This document shows positions 40,116-50,825 of a stretch of 64,000 nt of DNA, one piece after another. How positions within the stretch are numbered: position 1 is the stretch's first letter; the number at the start of each line of letters is the position of its first letter. The position numbers and the translations under genes are program-made. The stretch covers positions 1 to 64,000 of the IMG/VR virus record IMGVR_UViG_3300032167_000103. One strand, written 5' to 3'. This DNA comes from an uncultured virus (IMG/VR IMGVR_UViG_3300032167_000103) (lineage: Duplodnaviria; Heunggongvirae; Uroviricota; Caudoviricetes). Under the pieces are notes generated by a model that had not been told where the DNA came from, ran no database searches, and was given only the letters and a program-made list of their open reading frames with translations.

Positions 40116-43100
40116 TTATGAATAACGGAACCAGATATCACCATTCTGTCCATCGGTAGGTCTTCTATAAGAAATAATAGTATTTCTAATAGCTCTTCTT
40201 TCAAGATCAGAATGCTTTTTAACTGTTGTATATGCAGGTAATTCAATTTCTTGAACAAGTTTATCTCCATTGATGGATTCATCTTGCATTTTACTCATAG
40301 AAATAGATTTATCTGCAATCTTTTCTTCTGTTACAGATTCATTTCTAATTTTACTATTATCGATAGCATTATCTAGAATATGAACTGTATTGATCATTTC
40401 TTCATTAGCAAGTTTCTGAGCACCGATTGAAAAATCTTGAATCTTATTACCTTTGATAGAATTCATTTGAATCTTATCATCATTAATACTTTCATTTTCA
40501 ATCATTTCAGAATTAACTTTAACCCAATCAACTTTACCAGTTTCTTTATTCATAGAAATAACTGTATTTGGATCTTCAGAATCCTTGAATAAATCAGGGG
40601 TTAAAGTTTCTTTTTCAACCATTTCTCCAGTTATATTTGTCCATACTGGGTCAGTATTCGCATCAGTAACTGCAAGTACTTTATTAGGTTGCTCACTAGT
40701 GAATAATTTCTTACCTGTAACTGCACGATCGTTGATATAATCTGTAATTACAGAATCTTCTTTTAGTATTGCACCCTTTTGTTCATTATATCCATATCCA
40801 GTGATGTCAATCATTGGTTCTGATTCAGGTTCAATTTCTCCAGTAATGATACCACGAATTCTAGATACATCAATAGGAGCAATCTCGTTTTCTTTTACTT
40901 CAAAGGAACTAGAAGCATATGTAACTTCTAATGTTCCGTCAACCATGTCACTGATATCTTTATTAGAAATACTTAGTACTTCATCACCATAGTCAGTGTA
41001 CATAGATGGATTATTTGTAACTACTTGATCATTATTAAGTATAGCATACATTGTATCTTGTGAAATAGGAATAATATAAGAGTAATCAACTCCAGAACCA
41101 TTTCCACATCCACAATTACAAGACGAACCAGAATTTCCTTCAAGAGTAAGATTAATACTACCATCTTCAGTATCTTCAACAGAAACTTCACCATCGATAA
41201 TAGCACGAATTCTTTCTGCAGAAATTGGTTCTATAACAATATCACCAATTTGTGTACTTTCAGAAGATTCCTCAACAATTAATTCCTCATCAACGATAGC
41301 TTCGAGAATAGATTCATCAATACGATCAAATTCAACGTCATTATACGTAAATGATTCATTTGAACTTGCTTCAGTTTCACCTGCAAGTATACTTAGAATG
41401 GTTTCATCACTGATGTCATCTATGGTGATATTTCTAGTAACACTAGAACTTGAATCATTACCAGAATCTCCAGTACCTGGTGAACCACCGCTATTCAATC
41501 CACCATAACAAGGAATTCTTGATTGTAGATTAGAATTGAATTTTGCCAAATGCTCGATAATTCTATCAATAACCCACTGACAGTCCGGTATTAATTCACC
41601 ATCACCATTATCATCACTTGCTTGTGGTGCTGGACGAACTTCTACTTTCGGTGAACCAAGTAATTCAATACTTCTTACCAGCTTATCTCTGGTAATAGAA
41701 GCATTTTCAATCATGTCCTCGACTACTTTCATATATTGAGGAGCTGAACCGGCTTCACTTACTCCAAGAATTACATTAGATACTTCCGAAGATTTAAGTT
41801 TAGATATATCTATTAATCCATCTGGTAAAATTACTTCTCCTTCATGAGAATAATTACCCATCATAGATTTAATAGTTTTTCGCACCCAAGCAGTATCAGG
41901 AATAGAATTATCATTTGAATATTCGGCTGGTCTATCGGCAATTCGTGTATTACCATAAAATAGTAAATCGTGTTTTAATTTAGAATGACCAATAGATCCA
42001 TCTTCAATAAACTCTTCCGTGATCTGAATAAAATCAGGTACATCTCCAATATTAACAGAACCTAATACTCTGAAAGGTCTTTCACTTCTGAATATTTTTT
42101 CACCAGTAACAGACATATCTTCGATCATATCTGTTTGAATTTGCATCCATTTTATTTGATCACTATCTTTTCCGATACCAATAATTCTACTCTTTATATC
42201 AGGAATTGCTAATTTGCTTATTTCTATTGAATGATCGGCAATATGTTCATTAATAATAACCTCTGGTAGAATATGCGTAGAATCAATTATCTGCTTTGCT
42301 AAATATTTAGAGGTGATAGATTCATCTTTAATGTTAGAAATGTCAAACTTAACATCTTCTCCTAACATTTTAGAAGTAATCTTCATATATTTAGCAGGTG
42401 TATTAGCATCTTCAACAGCAAGTACCATATCAGAGATACTACTACTAAATATCTTCTCACCAGTAACGGAATAATCCTCGATGAAATCTGTAGTAAGTTT
42501 CATCCATTTTGGAGTTCTATTAATTAAATCAAAACCCAAAATAGATTTATTGATATCAGGAATTGCTAGTTTTTCTTCAGTTATGGATTCATCAATAATA
42601 GCATCAGTTCCAACAGAAGCTGTAGCCATCATTTCTCTTGTGATCTGAGAATATTGAGGGTGTCCACCATCTGGACCAACAGCTAGTACTCTATTAGGGA
42701 TTTCAGATTTAAAAATCTTTTCACTAGTTACAGAAGATTCTTCAAGAGCTAATGTAGAAACAGAATCTTTATCGAGAACTCTTTTAGATACTGATCTATT
42801 CGCTAATTTTTCTTCAGTAACTGCATTAGATTTAATATTGTGGGAATCTACAGATTCATCATCCAACATATCTGAATTAATTCTGCCCCAGTAAGCATCT
42901 CCATTAACTTCAGTAACTATTAAAGCTCTATTTTTCAATGGAGAAGAAAAAAGATGTTCTCCGCTTACTGAATGCGGAGCAATATTTTTTCCAGTAATAG
43001 TAATATTGCTGAATAACTTACGAACCCATGATGTATCAGGAATACTGTTATCATCAGATTCTAATACAGGAGATTCATTTAATTTAACATTACGCAATAC

Positions 43101-44633
43101 TGCATATTGAGCAATCTTATCTCCAGTAACTGCATTTTCTCTGATGTTATTTGTATCAACTGCAGTATCTGCAATTTTTTCATGAGTTACTGATTTATCT
43201 GATAATTTGGATGTAGATATAGCATTATCAGCAATCATCTCATTAATTACTTGCATCCACTCTGCATCTGATCCAGCTTCTTTTACAGCTAAAATCCTAT
43301 TAGATATTTCAGATGTAAATAATACTCTACCTGTAAGTGTATGAGTTTCAATATTAGAATCTTTAATAGTTCCATCTGCAATCTTTTCTGTTGTAATAGA
43401 TCCATCAGCATAGTTGATGGTAGTAATTGTTAAATCAGCTATCTTATTACCAGTAATAGATTTATCGGCATACACAGAATTACCTAAAGAATTATCTAAT
43501 ATCTCATTAGAAGTAATGCTCTTTGGAATAATTGAAGCACTTATAAGATTTGCATCTTTATTTACTTCAATTTTGATATGGGTTCCAATTGTACCTATAT
43601 ATTTCTGAACTAGATTCTGAATACTGATACGCTTAGAAGATCCATTTAATTCAGTAATAACCAATTCATTAGTTTCCTGATCTACAGTAATTTCATCAAC
43701 TAAACCATCAGTAACAATTGGAATAGATACGACTGAAGTATCATTAAAAGATATCAATAATCTACCTTTTGTTTGATCATAATTGATATCAATTACATAT
43801 TTCAAGTCACCATATAAACCACTAATTCCAGAAATTAATGCATTTAAATTATCTAATGCATTCTTAGTTGCTCTAGAAATAGGTTTATCAATATCGGAAG
43901 TATTATCTACATTACTTAACCCAATCTGATCTTTAGTTACTTCATGTGGATTATTTTTATCAAGAGTATGATTTTCAAAAGTAACTAAATCTACTGCACC
44001 AATCTGTTTAGCTGTTACATGATGAGGATTTTCATAATCAGATATATGTTTAGTAATATTAACTCCGAATTGAGTAGAATCAATTTCTGTTATTATATTA
44101 GACATTTCTTTTCTAATATCAGAAATTAATTTTGTTATCGCAGCTTGAGAAACAATACCTGTTTCATCATCGCCTAATTCATTATATATTTCTGGCCTAC
44201 CAACAATTGCAGTCCATAGTAATTTGGTCGTGTCATCACCAGTAGCATTTCCATTATTATCTACAAAGCCATATTTACGAAGTAATTCACCTACAGCTTT
44301 TTCTGTTGGAATTCTATCACTTCGTTGAGAAGCTTCATCGTATGGAATTTTAGTACTAATTTGAATAGATCCAATAGCACCAGCTGCTCCACCATAAGTT
44401 ACTAAATTATCAGCTGATTTAGCAGGGATAAGAGGTTGACGTCCATTCAAATCAGAATTAATTTGTTCTAATACTTCTGCTAATGTAGGACTATCCTCAT
44501 CGTACATATCCTGTCGTACAGCTTTAAATACAGTAATAGGAAATGTGTTCTTATAATTTAGATTAGGTGGAGGAGTGGCGTTGGGATCTATCCACACACG
44601 TGATTGAATAATTTCATGTCCTATTAGTCCCAT
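40116..44633 (-). CDS. long tail fibre-like repeat protein
   Basis: 1505 aa; NPHxVT..QIGL.NVDNTSD..KP motif; many 10-aa (S/A)IT.EKI.D. repeats; C-terminal PTDGQNGDIWF. Confidence 0.7.
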   Translation of the reverse strand: MGLIGHEIIQSRVWIDPNATPPPNLNYKNTFPITVFKAVRQDMYDEDSPTLAEVLEQINSDLNGRQPLIPAKSADNLVTYGGAAGAIGSIQISTKIPYDEASQRSDRIPTEKAVGELLRKYGFVDNNGNATGDDTTKLLWTAIVGRPEIYNELGDDETGIVSQAAITKLISDIRKEMSNIITEIDSTQFGVNITKHISDYENPHHVTAKQIGAVDLVTFENHTLDKNNPHEVTKDQIGLSNVDNTSDIDKPISRATKNALDNLNALISGISGLYGDLKYVIDINYDQTKGRLLISFNDTSVVSIPIVTDGLVDEITVDQETNELVITELNGSSKRISIQNLVQKYIGTIGTHIKIEVNKDANLISASIIPKSITSNEILDNSLGNSVYADKSITGNKIADLTITTINYADGSITTEKIADGTIKDSNIETHTLTGRVLFTSEISNRILAVKEAGSDAEWMQVINEMIADNAISTSKLSDKSVTHEKIADTAVDTNNIRENAVTGDKIAQYAVLRNVKLNESPVLESDDNSIPDTSWVRKLFSNITITGKNIAPHSVSGEHLFSSPLKNRALIVTEVNGDAYWGRINSDMLDDESVDSHNIKSNAVTEEKLANRSVSKRVLDKDSVSTLALEESSVTSEKIFKSEIPNRVLAVGPDGGHPQYSQITREMMATASVGTDAIIDESITEEKLAIPDINKSILGFDLINRTPKWMKLTTDFIEDYSVTGEKIFSSSISDMVLAVEDANTPAKYMKITSKMLGEDVKFDISNIKDESITSKYLAKQIIDSTHILPEVIINEHIADHSIEISKLAIPDIKSRIIGIGKDSDQIKWMQIQTDMIEDMSVTGEKIFRSERPFRVLGSVNIGDVPDFIQITEEFIEDGSIGHSKLKHDLLFYGNTRIADRPAEYSNDNSIPDTAWVRKTIKSMMGNYSHEGEVILPDGLIDISKLKSSEVSNVILGVSEAGSAPQYMKVVEDMIENASITRDKLVRSIELLGSPKVEVRPAPQASDDNGDGELIPDCQWVIDRIIEHLAKFNSNLQSRIPCYGGLNSGGSPGTGDSGNDSSSSVTRNITIDDISDETILSILAGETEASSNESFTYNDVEFDRIDESILEAIVDEELIVEESSESTQIGDIVIEPISAERIRAIIDGEVSVEDTEDGSINLTLEGNSGSSCNCGCGNGSGVDYSYIIPISQDTMYAILNNDQVVTNNPSMYTDYGDEVLSISNKDISDMVDGTLEVTYASSSFEVKENEIAPIDVSRIRGIITGEIEPESEPMIDITGYGYNEQKGAILKEDSVITDYINDRAVTGKKLFTSEQPNKVLAVTDANTDPVWTNITGEMVEKETLTPDLFKDSEDPNTVISMNKETGKVDWVKVNSEMIENESINDDKIQMNSIKGNKIQDFSIGAQKLANEEMINTVHILDNAIDNSKIRNESVTEEKIADKSISMSKMQDESINGDKLVQEIELPAYTTVKKHSDLERRAIRNTIISYRRPTDGQNGDIWFRYS

Positions 44634-44755
44634 TTTGTAATCACTCCTTCTTTATAAACTGTGATATCTTTAAAGAAGGGTTGCTCACGAATACTGAACC
44701 AAGACCATTCTTTAAAGATATGCTTGGAGTATACAAGTAAACTAAATAAAGGAGG

Positions 44756-45346
44756 ATGGCAGAAATGAGCAATAATGTATATCAATTTCTTGATGATCTT
44801 GGAACACAAGAATTCATCGATGTTGTAAAAGAAATCGCTGAAGAAAATTTGGAAAAATCCATATGTACAGATATAGATTCTGAAAGTACGGATAATGAAA
44901 TGCCTAGTGCTAAAAGTGTATTATCATTGATAGATCAGGTTATTAATGTCATTAATAATACGACTGGAGAAATTTCAGATGTCAAAAAATCTTTACAAGA
45001 TGCATGTGGATACTGTGGTATAACAGTTGCTGGTATTGGTGCTTCTAGTATTATGGAACATCTTAAGTTCAGTTTTATTACTGGTGATATCAATACATTA
45101 GTGACTAATCCGGATAGTTCAATATTATATTTCCAACATGATTCAGAAGATGATAATACATGGACAATGTATATTTACAAAGATAAATGGTTAGCTGTAG
45201 GAGAAACTAAATATGATCTTCTGAATTACTGGAGTAAAGATAATGATGAAATACTACAGGAAGTATATAATCGTGTAATTGGATCTATTGCATCGAATAA
45301 TATAAAAACAAAAGCAACTTCAGCATATACTAAGATCGTTAAATAA
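44756..45346 (+). CDS. paralogous family member 1 (probably structural)
   Basis: FLDDLG...PSAK...TGDI...YFQHDSEDDNTWTMYIY..W..VGET..DL.NYWSK. Confidence 0.7.
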   Translation: MAEMSNNVYQFLDDLGTQEFIDVVKEIAEENLEKSICTDIDSESTDNEMPSAKSVLSLIDQVINVINNTTGEISDVKKSLQDACGYCGITVAGIGASSIMEHLKFSFITGDINTLVTNPDSSILYFQHDSEDDNTWTMYIYKDKWLAVGETKYDLLNYWSKDNDEILQEVYNRVIGSIASNNIKTKATSAYTKIVK

Positions 45347-45357
45347 CAAAGGTGAAA

Positions 45358-45389
45358 TAGTAGGACGAGGCAATTGCCTCGTCCTACTA
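45358..45389. terminator. bidirectional perfect palindrome
   Basis: TAGTAGGACGAGGCAATTGCCTCGTCCTACTA. Confidence 0.7.
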
Positions 45390-45422
45390 CCTCTATATCT
45401 TTATTATATATCGGAGGATATA

Positions 45423-46286
45423 TTAGTCAAGATAAGCGTTGTCGCCAGTGTAAGGATCAGTGTTAGCAAATGCAGTAGCAACAGCAGAGCTGATGGTATC
45501 TTCTGCAATAGCTTCCATGATCAAGTTCTTCAACTCGTTAACGCTTGCATCGCTCTTATCCCAGTAATTGGACAAGGAGATGGAAGTGTCACCAACACAA
45601 AGCCATTCGTAAGTATCTTCACCAGTCTTGTTGTAGATGTAAAGGTTGTAAGTAGTGTCTTCAACCTGAGCAACGTTTGCATAGATTGCATCGTCATCAG
45701 CTACAACATCAGTAGTTACAGTACCGTCTACAACCTTGTATACAACACCAGTATCAGGATCTACGTAAGCTTCGTATCCATCACTAGCAGCATGAGAACC
45801 ATCTGCAGCCAACAGGAAACCATCGTTACCTACAGAGTAGCTAGGTTCATCATGCTGAAGATAGATCACGTCAGTCTTAGCTTCACCAGCAGGTACCTGA
45901 GTTTCGATGTCACCAGTTACTACCTGATAAGTCAAGTGAGTAAGAGCAGAGATTTCAGTACGAACCTTTGCAATTTCACCATATACAGTAGCAGTAGTAG
46001 CACCGTCAGCTGCAGTACCAATTGCATTCTTAAGAGCCTTAACCTTGTCAAGTACAGTATTACCAGTACCGTCAATAGTAGTATCGAAGTTATCGATATT
46101 ACCAATCAAGCCAAGCAATACCTTTGCAGCAAGAACGTGATTGTCATCATTGTATGCATCAGCAGTGATGCCTACAGTAGAATCAATGATACGTTCCTTG
46201 ATACGAGAGTTAGCTCCACGCAGGATATAAGTCGCTAGTGCCTGCACACCAGATTCATCGAGGAAATTGAATTTTTCAACTGCCAT
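45423..46286 (-). CDS. paralogous family member 2 (probably structural)
   Basis: FLDESG...TGDI...IYLQHD...DTTYNLYIY...WLCVGDT...LSNYWDK. Confidence 0.75.
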   Translation of the reverse strand: MAVEKFNFLDESGVQALATYILRGANSRIKERIIDSTVGITADAYNDDNHVLAAKVLLGLIGNIDNFDTTIDGTGNTVLDKVKALKNAIGTAADGATTATVYGEIAKVRTEISALTHLTYQVVTGDIETQVPAGEAKTDVIYLQHDEPSYSVGNDGFLLAADGSHAASDGYEAYVDPDTGVVYKVVDGTVTTDVVADDDAIYANVAQVEDTTYNLYIYNKTGEDTYEWLCVGDTSISLSNYWDKSDASVNELKNLIMEAIAEDTISSAVATAFANTDPYTGDNAYLD

Positions 46287-46372
46287 AATTGAGTCATCCT
46301 TTCTATTCTTTTTATAGTTTTGAGATTTGTTATAATGGATATTCCACTATTACATTATTTGTTATTCTGTAA

Positions 46373-47167
46373 TTATTCTGTAGTAACCGTAGAAGTATAC
46401 TCTACGTTAATAGTAGCATCTTCCTTAGGCATTACACCACTAATTACAGTTTGAGTAGTTGTGTAACCATCAACTACTGGGGATTCAACTTCATAGTCTT
46501 CACCAGAAGTTACCTTAGCTGAATATGCTTCAGCAACAGAATTTCCTTCAGTATCAACATAGTTAATAGTTAAAGTGAACTGAGATGGGAATGCATCTGT
46601 TTTAAGCATAGCTTCATCAAGAATTGCAGTAAGTTCATCAGCTTCAATACCATTGAGATCTTCAGAACTTACTTTACCACCTACAACTTCAGCCAAAGCT
46701 TCGATGTCACTAGTAATTGTATCAATTCCAAGTGCAACACGGAGCTCAGCGATGTCTCCTTCTGATTTGGACCAGTAACCACTTAGATCAATATCAGTAT
46801 TACCAAGGCAGAACCAACTACCAGTAGTTTCTTCTTCAGTAGTATCTGTGATCCAAACGTACATCATCCAAGTTGTATCTTCTTCAGAGTCACGCTGTAG
46901 ATATATGAAATTACTAGATCTTTCAGCTTCAGGAACCTGAACATCAATATCTCCAGTGACAGTTTTAAAGCTAGTATGTTTGCTATTCTGAATAGCTTTA
47001 TACACAGCTAATGCACTAGGAGTATGATTATCATCACTAGAAGCATTTACTTCAGTAACAATACGTTCTGCAATCTTAGTATTGACACTCTGTAAGATGC
47101 CTTTAGTAAGTTCTTTCACACCTGCACGATCTAGAAATTCATATTTCATAATTTCATTGATATCCAT
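46373..47167 (-). CDS. paralogous family member 3 with C-terminal MucBP-like domain
   Basis: Family motifs plus FTLTINYVDTEGNSVAEAY...GEDYEVESPVVDGYT...GVMPKEDATINVEY. Confidence 0.75.
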   Translation of the reverse strand: MDINEIMKYEFLDRAGVKELTKGILQSVNTKIAERIVTEVNASSDDNHTPSALAVYKAIQNSKHTSFKTVTGDIDVQVPEAERSSNFIYLQRDSEEDTTWMMYVWITDTTEEETTGSWFCLGNTDIDLSGYWSKSEGDIAELRVALGIDTITSDIEALAEVVGGKVSSEDLNGIEADELTAILDEAMLKTDAFPSQFTLTINYVDTEGNSVAEAYSAKVTSGEDYEVESPVVDGYTTTQTVISGVMPKEDATINVEYTSTVTTE

Positions 47168-47215
47168 ACTTTTTACCCTCCTTCTTTCAGATTTATAGAC
47201 TTGTTTCGTCTACAT

Positions 47216-47359
47216 TTATTCTTCTAATAAGGAGGTATCTTCTTCAATATTTTCAGATTTTATGAATCGTTCATCAATTCTTGTATTTATTGCTTTAAAC
47301 ATCTCTTCAGCAAATTTTTGGATTTCTTCCACAGTCATGAGTTTCATAATATCATCCAT
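47216..47359 (-). CDS. 47-aa ORF resembling the N-terminus of the paralogous family (not in ORF track)
   Basis: MDDIMKLMTVEEIQKFAEEMFKAINTRIDERFI; GGGAGGG RBS. Confidence 0.55.
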   Translation of the reverse strand: MDDIMKLMTVEEIQKFAEEMFKAINTRIDERFIKSENIEEDTSLLEE

Positions 47360-47388
47360 ATGAATATTATCCCTCCCTAAATAAAAGC

Positions 47389-48819
47389 TTACTCTTCAAA
47401 TGAATCTCCCGTATCTTCATCCAGGCTTTCAAGCATTTCACTTATCCAATCATGAGAAATCGGAGCAATTACTTCTTCTAATGTTTCTGTGACTGAATCA
47501 GAAATCTCTTCATCAATAGAATCATCGAATTTCTTTAATTCTTCAACTTCTTTTTGCAATTCATCAATTTTCTTTAATAAAGCTTTAATAAACTTAGCTT
47601 TACTAGGAGGAATATTTGGTTTGATTGGAGGTTTTGTAGGCTTCTCAGGAAGTTCTGGAATCTCAGGATTTACTGTCTCTCCGCTTTCAGGATGTAAATC
47701 TTTAATCACAGAGACAAGTGTCTGAATACTTTCATTCAACTGATTGATGACTGTATTCTGTTCATAATCCATTTTGTTAATTCCAGATTGATTGTTCTGA
47801 GGATTACAATTACAAGAAGTATTTCCTTGAGTTTGATAATATGGAGATTTCAAAGCTTCTGCTATATAAGAGGAATCATTTACTACAATAATGTCATTCT
47901 TCCATATAGAGAATTTGAAAATAATTCTATGACCAGGATTGATTAAAAATGTTCTGTTCACATGAATAGTTCCACATGCCATTGCAAGTGTTTTAGTTCC
48001 CTTATGATTGATTTCTTCTAAATGAAGAATCATATCTTTATTTTCTTCGTCATAATGGTAGAATCTATTAAAGAAAGTCCATGTAGGAGGACAAAAACTT
48101 CTTTGGAAAGATTCATCAAACGAATGTCTTGTTTGAACCTGTTGGTGATAATTGTAAATATCAGATTCACAACCATAAAAATATTCAACCATTTTAGGAT
48201 CGTAGATCATACTCTGTTTAACTCTAGGAGTTTTTGGATCATTTTTAACACATTCATAGAACATCTGAATTGATGTAATACGAAGCATCATCGGTTCAGT
48301 ACCATGAGTAAATTGATCAATAGTTGAAACCATTGAATTACAGAAGTTTACAACAATAGCATTGTCATTAATATCACTCTGGTTAATAGCCATGAAATAA
48401 TTGCGTTCAGGAATCCTGATTGTTTCAATTGCAGAACGAAGAACTTGACCAGTTCTCTTATTTTCTAACTGATAATTTACTCTCAACATTATACCTTTAC
48501 GAAACACAGGTAACTGATGTTCAAGCATATCATAATTATTTTTAATAAGAGTAATCAAATCATTCTGTTTTGTCATATTACCAATGATATTGAGACCACC
48601 ATCAGAAGCACGTTTTCCAATATCGTCAATACTAATATCAACAATAGTTCTCATACATTCAGATTGATCAATAAAGATTTCACTCTTAATGATGGAACTA
48701 TCTATTTGTTGAAAAGATCTTTGATCTAGGTACTCTGCTACAAGATAAGGAATCCCATTTAAATTGAGATATGCATTTGTATGTACAGAATTCTGATCAC
48801 AACACGTACAGTTGTTCAT
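47389..48819 (-). CDS. hypothetical protein, probably structural
   Basis: 476-aa ORF with a Pro-rich linker and acidic coiled tail. Confidence 0.75.
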   Translation of the reverse strand: MNNCTCCDQNSVHTNAYLNLNGIPYLVAEYLDQRSFQQIDSSIIKSEIFIDQSECMRTIVDISIDDIGKRASDGGLNIIGNMTKQNDLITLIKNNYDMLEHQLPVFRKGIMLRVNYQLENKRTGQVLRSAIETIRIPERNYFMAINQSDINDNAIVVNFCNSMVSTIDQFTHGTEPMMLRITSIQMFYECVKNDPKTPRVKQSMIYDPKMVEYFYGCESDIYNYHQQVQTRHSFDESFQRSFCPPTWTFFNRFYHYDEENKDMILHLEEINHKGTKTLAMACGTIHVNRTFLINPGHRIIFKFSIWKNDIIVVNDSSYIAEALKSPYYQTQGNTSCNCNPQNNQSGINKMDYEQNTVINQLNESIQTLVSVIKDLHPESGETVNPEIPELPEKPTKPPIKPNIPPSKAKFIKALLKKIDELQKEVEELKKFDDSIDEEISDSVTETLEEVIAPISHDWISEMLESLDEDTGDSFEE

Positions 48820-48879
48820 ATCTATATCTCCTTTCTTAAAATAAATTGGAATTCAATGTTATCCATTACTGATCTGTTT

Positions 48880-50091
48880 TCAGTTAAGTCCGAGGATTTT
48901 ACGCATAATAAATATGATAATTGGTGTATAAAGATAAATATCTTTATGATATACGGAAGATATTAATGCATCTGCTGTATATAATGAAATATCAGTCATT
49001 GAAATATCTGATTTATTAATATACTTCCAAATCAATTTTTCATATTCGTTAATAGGTTCTTCACTTGTATTCATGAAAGCATTAAATTGGACATCATCGA
49101 AATATGAATATTGAAGATGTCTATCATTGGTATTGAGAGGATGTATTACTTGAACATCATCTTCTCCCCATTCTACAAAAGAAGAATATCTATATTCAGA
49201 TGCATATCGTAAATTGAAATTAAATTTCTGAAGTAATCTTGCAGGTGCACCTAATTCCAGCCAACTGAAAATAGAATTATTATATTTAATTGGTAACATT
49301 GAATCTCTTAGCTTATCTTGTAATACTATTACTTTACCTGAATTTGAGAAGTTCATTAAACTATATTTGCCGATAAACTCATTGGCACACATATCAAACC
49401 ATCGATCACCATTTTCATCTTTGTATAAAAAACAATTATGTTTTTCATCATAGAACAATGCTCTATATGATACAATCATCTGGTTAATCATTTGAAGAAT
49501 CTGACCTTTAGTCACGAAATCATCTTCTCTAATAATTGGATTTAAATTTGTACCAATGGCATTTAATTCAGTATGATATTTATCAATGACTTGATATGTT
49601 CTTAATTTCTGAATTGATTCATGAGATGTGGTTTGTAAATGATATCTAATCTTATAAAATCCATCAGGTTTCATACTATCATAAGATACATTGGTTACCT
49701 GAAATAGATGAATCATTTTCAAATGTTTTACGATGAAAAGGTCCATTGGTTTAGGAACTATAGTAGATGGCAATATAGTACATTCACCATCAACATTGAT
49801 ATCTTCAATTTGTTGTTCATCAGTATTCTCTGGATTTGCTTGTCCAAAATCATATAATGGAAAATTATCAATTTCATTATATCTGATAGGGGCATGTTTA
49901 CCAAATAACTCATCTATATCTTTTGTACCACGATCAACAGTTGAAGAGTTTTCATCTTGTGAAAAATATGTAGTAAGAATAGCACCACTACCGTGATATT
50001 TATTCATTTGAGAATTTAAACGTTCTTCAAATTTAAATATATTCCCATTAATGAGAGTACTTTCATCAAAAATTAATTGACTCATAATCAC
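48880..50091 (-). CDS. hypothetical protein, probably structural
   Basis: About 400-aa ORF. Confidence 0.75.
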   Translation of the reverse strand: MIMSQLIFDESTLINGNIFKFEERLNSQMNKYHGSGAILTTYFSQDENSSTVDRGTKDIDELFGKHAPIRYNEIDNFPLYDFGQANPENTDEQQIEDINVDGECTILPSTIVPKPMDLFIVKHLKMIHLFQVTNVSYDSMKPDGFYKIRYHLQTTSHESIQKLRTYQVIDKYHTELNAIGTNLNPIIREDDFVTKGQILQMINQMIVSYRALFYDEKHNCFLYKDENGDRWFDMCANEFIGKYSLMNFSNSGKVIVLQDKLRDSMLPIKYNNSIFSWLELGAPARLLQKFNFNLRYASEYRYSSFVEWGEDDVQVIHPLNTNDRHLQYSYFDDVQFNAFMNTSEEPINEYEKLIWKYINKSDISMTDISLYTADALISSVYHKDIYLYTPIIIFIMRKILGLN

Positions 50092-50145
50092 ACTTCCTTT
50101 CTTAATATTTCAATAAAGTTGTTATAAGGAGGTCCGAAAATAAAA

Positions 50146-50181
50146 AATAAAGGATGGGAGATATATCTCCCATCCTTTATT
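50146..50181. terminator. perfect palindrome
   Basis: AATAAAGGATGGGAGATATATCTCCCATCCTTTATT. Confidence 0.7.
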
Positions 50182-50183
50182 AA

Positions 50184-50441
50184 TTATCGATTAACTACAC
50201 CAACTTGATCAGCAAGGTTCATGATATTAATAGAGGATTGAACTCTAGATTTCAGCATTGAATACATTGGAATACTTGTAGGATATAACCTCATACCTTC
50301 ATCAATATTTCCAATAATTTCTTCTAGAATTGATTTTCTCTTGATATAATAAACTCTACTTTCAACATTTCCAGAACTCAGTGATTTTAGCTCTTCGATT
50401 CCTTTTAATACGTTTTCATGAATTTCGTTAAATGTTCTCAT
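50184..50441 (-). CDS. hypothetical protein
   Basis: 85-aa ORF, AGGAGG RBS. Confidence 0.65.
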   Translation of the reverse strand: MRTFNEIHENVLKGIEELKSLSSGNVESRVYYIKRKSILEEIIGNIDEGMRLYPTSIPMYSMLKSRVQSSINIMNLADQVGVVNR

Positions 50442-50456
50442 AATAAACCTCCTATG

Positions 50457-50753
50457 TTAATTAATCTTTCTAAAACCAGCAAACATTGCTAAACCTGCAG
50501 ATCCATCGTTACATTTACAAGGAACATGTAACGGTACTTGATACAAATATGGATTTCCTTGAAACATTTGATTCTGGATTACCATTCCTAATAATTCTGG
50601 TAACTTGTCATATGGAATTTCTCGAGGATTACCTACAACAAGCATACGTCCGCAAAGTGGACATTTATAACATGGCTGATATAAAGATTTTCCAGTTTCT
50701 TGTTTTACTGACATTGGTGAATTATTTTCTGTTTTCTTTTTAAATAGATTCAT
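50457..50753 (-). CDS. small putative Zn-binding protein
   Basis: YKCPLCG ... PCKC; AGGAGG RBS. Confidence 0.65.
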   Translation of the reverse strand: MNLFKKKTENNSPMSVKQETGKSLYQPCYKCPLCGRMLVVGNPREIPYDKLPELLGMVIQNQMFQGNPYLYQVPLHVPCKCNDGSAGLAMFAGFRKIN

Positions 50754-50783
50754 TATTATAAAATCCTCCTTTTTAAACTTTAA

Positions 50784-50820
50784 ATATACAGAAGAGGACT
50801 AATAGTCCTCTTCTGTATAT
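50784..50820. terminator. palindromic hairpin
   Basis: ATATACAGAAGAGGACTA-A-TAGTCCTCTTCTGTATAT. Confidence 0.7.
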
Positions 50821-50825
50821 AGTTA

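Noticed and set aside
40116..47167. Diversity-generating retroelement or invertase-driven fibre switching
   Set aside because: No reverse transcriptase, site-specific recombinase or near-identical template/variable repeat pair noticed in the window
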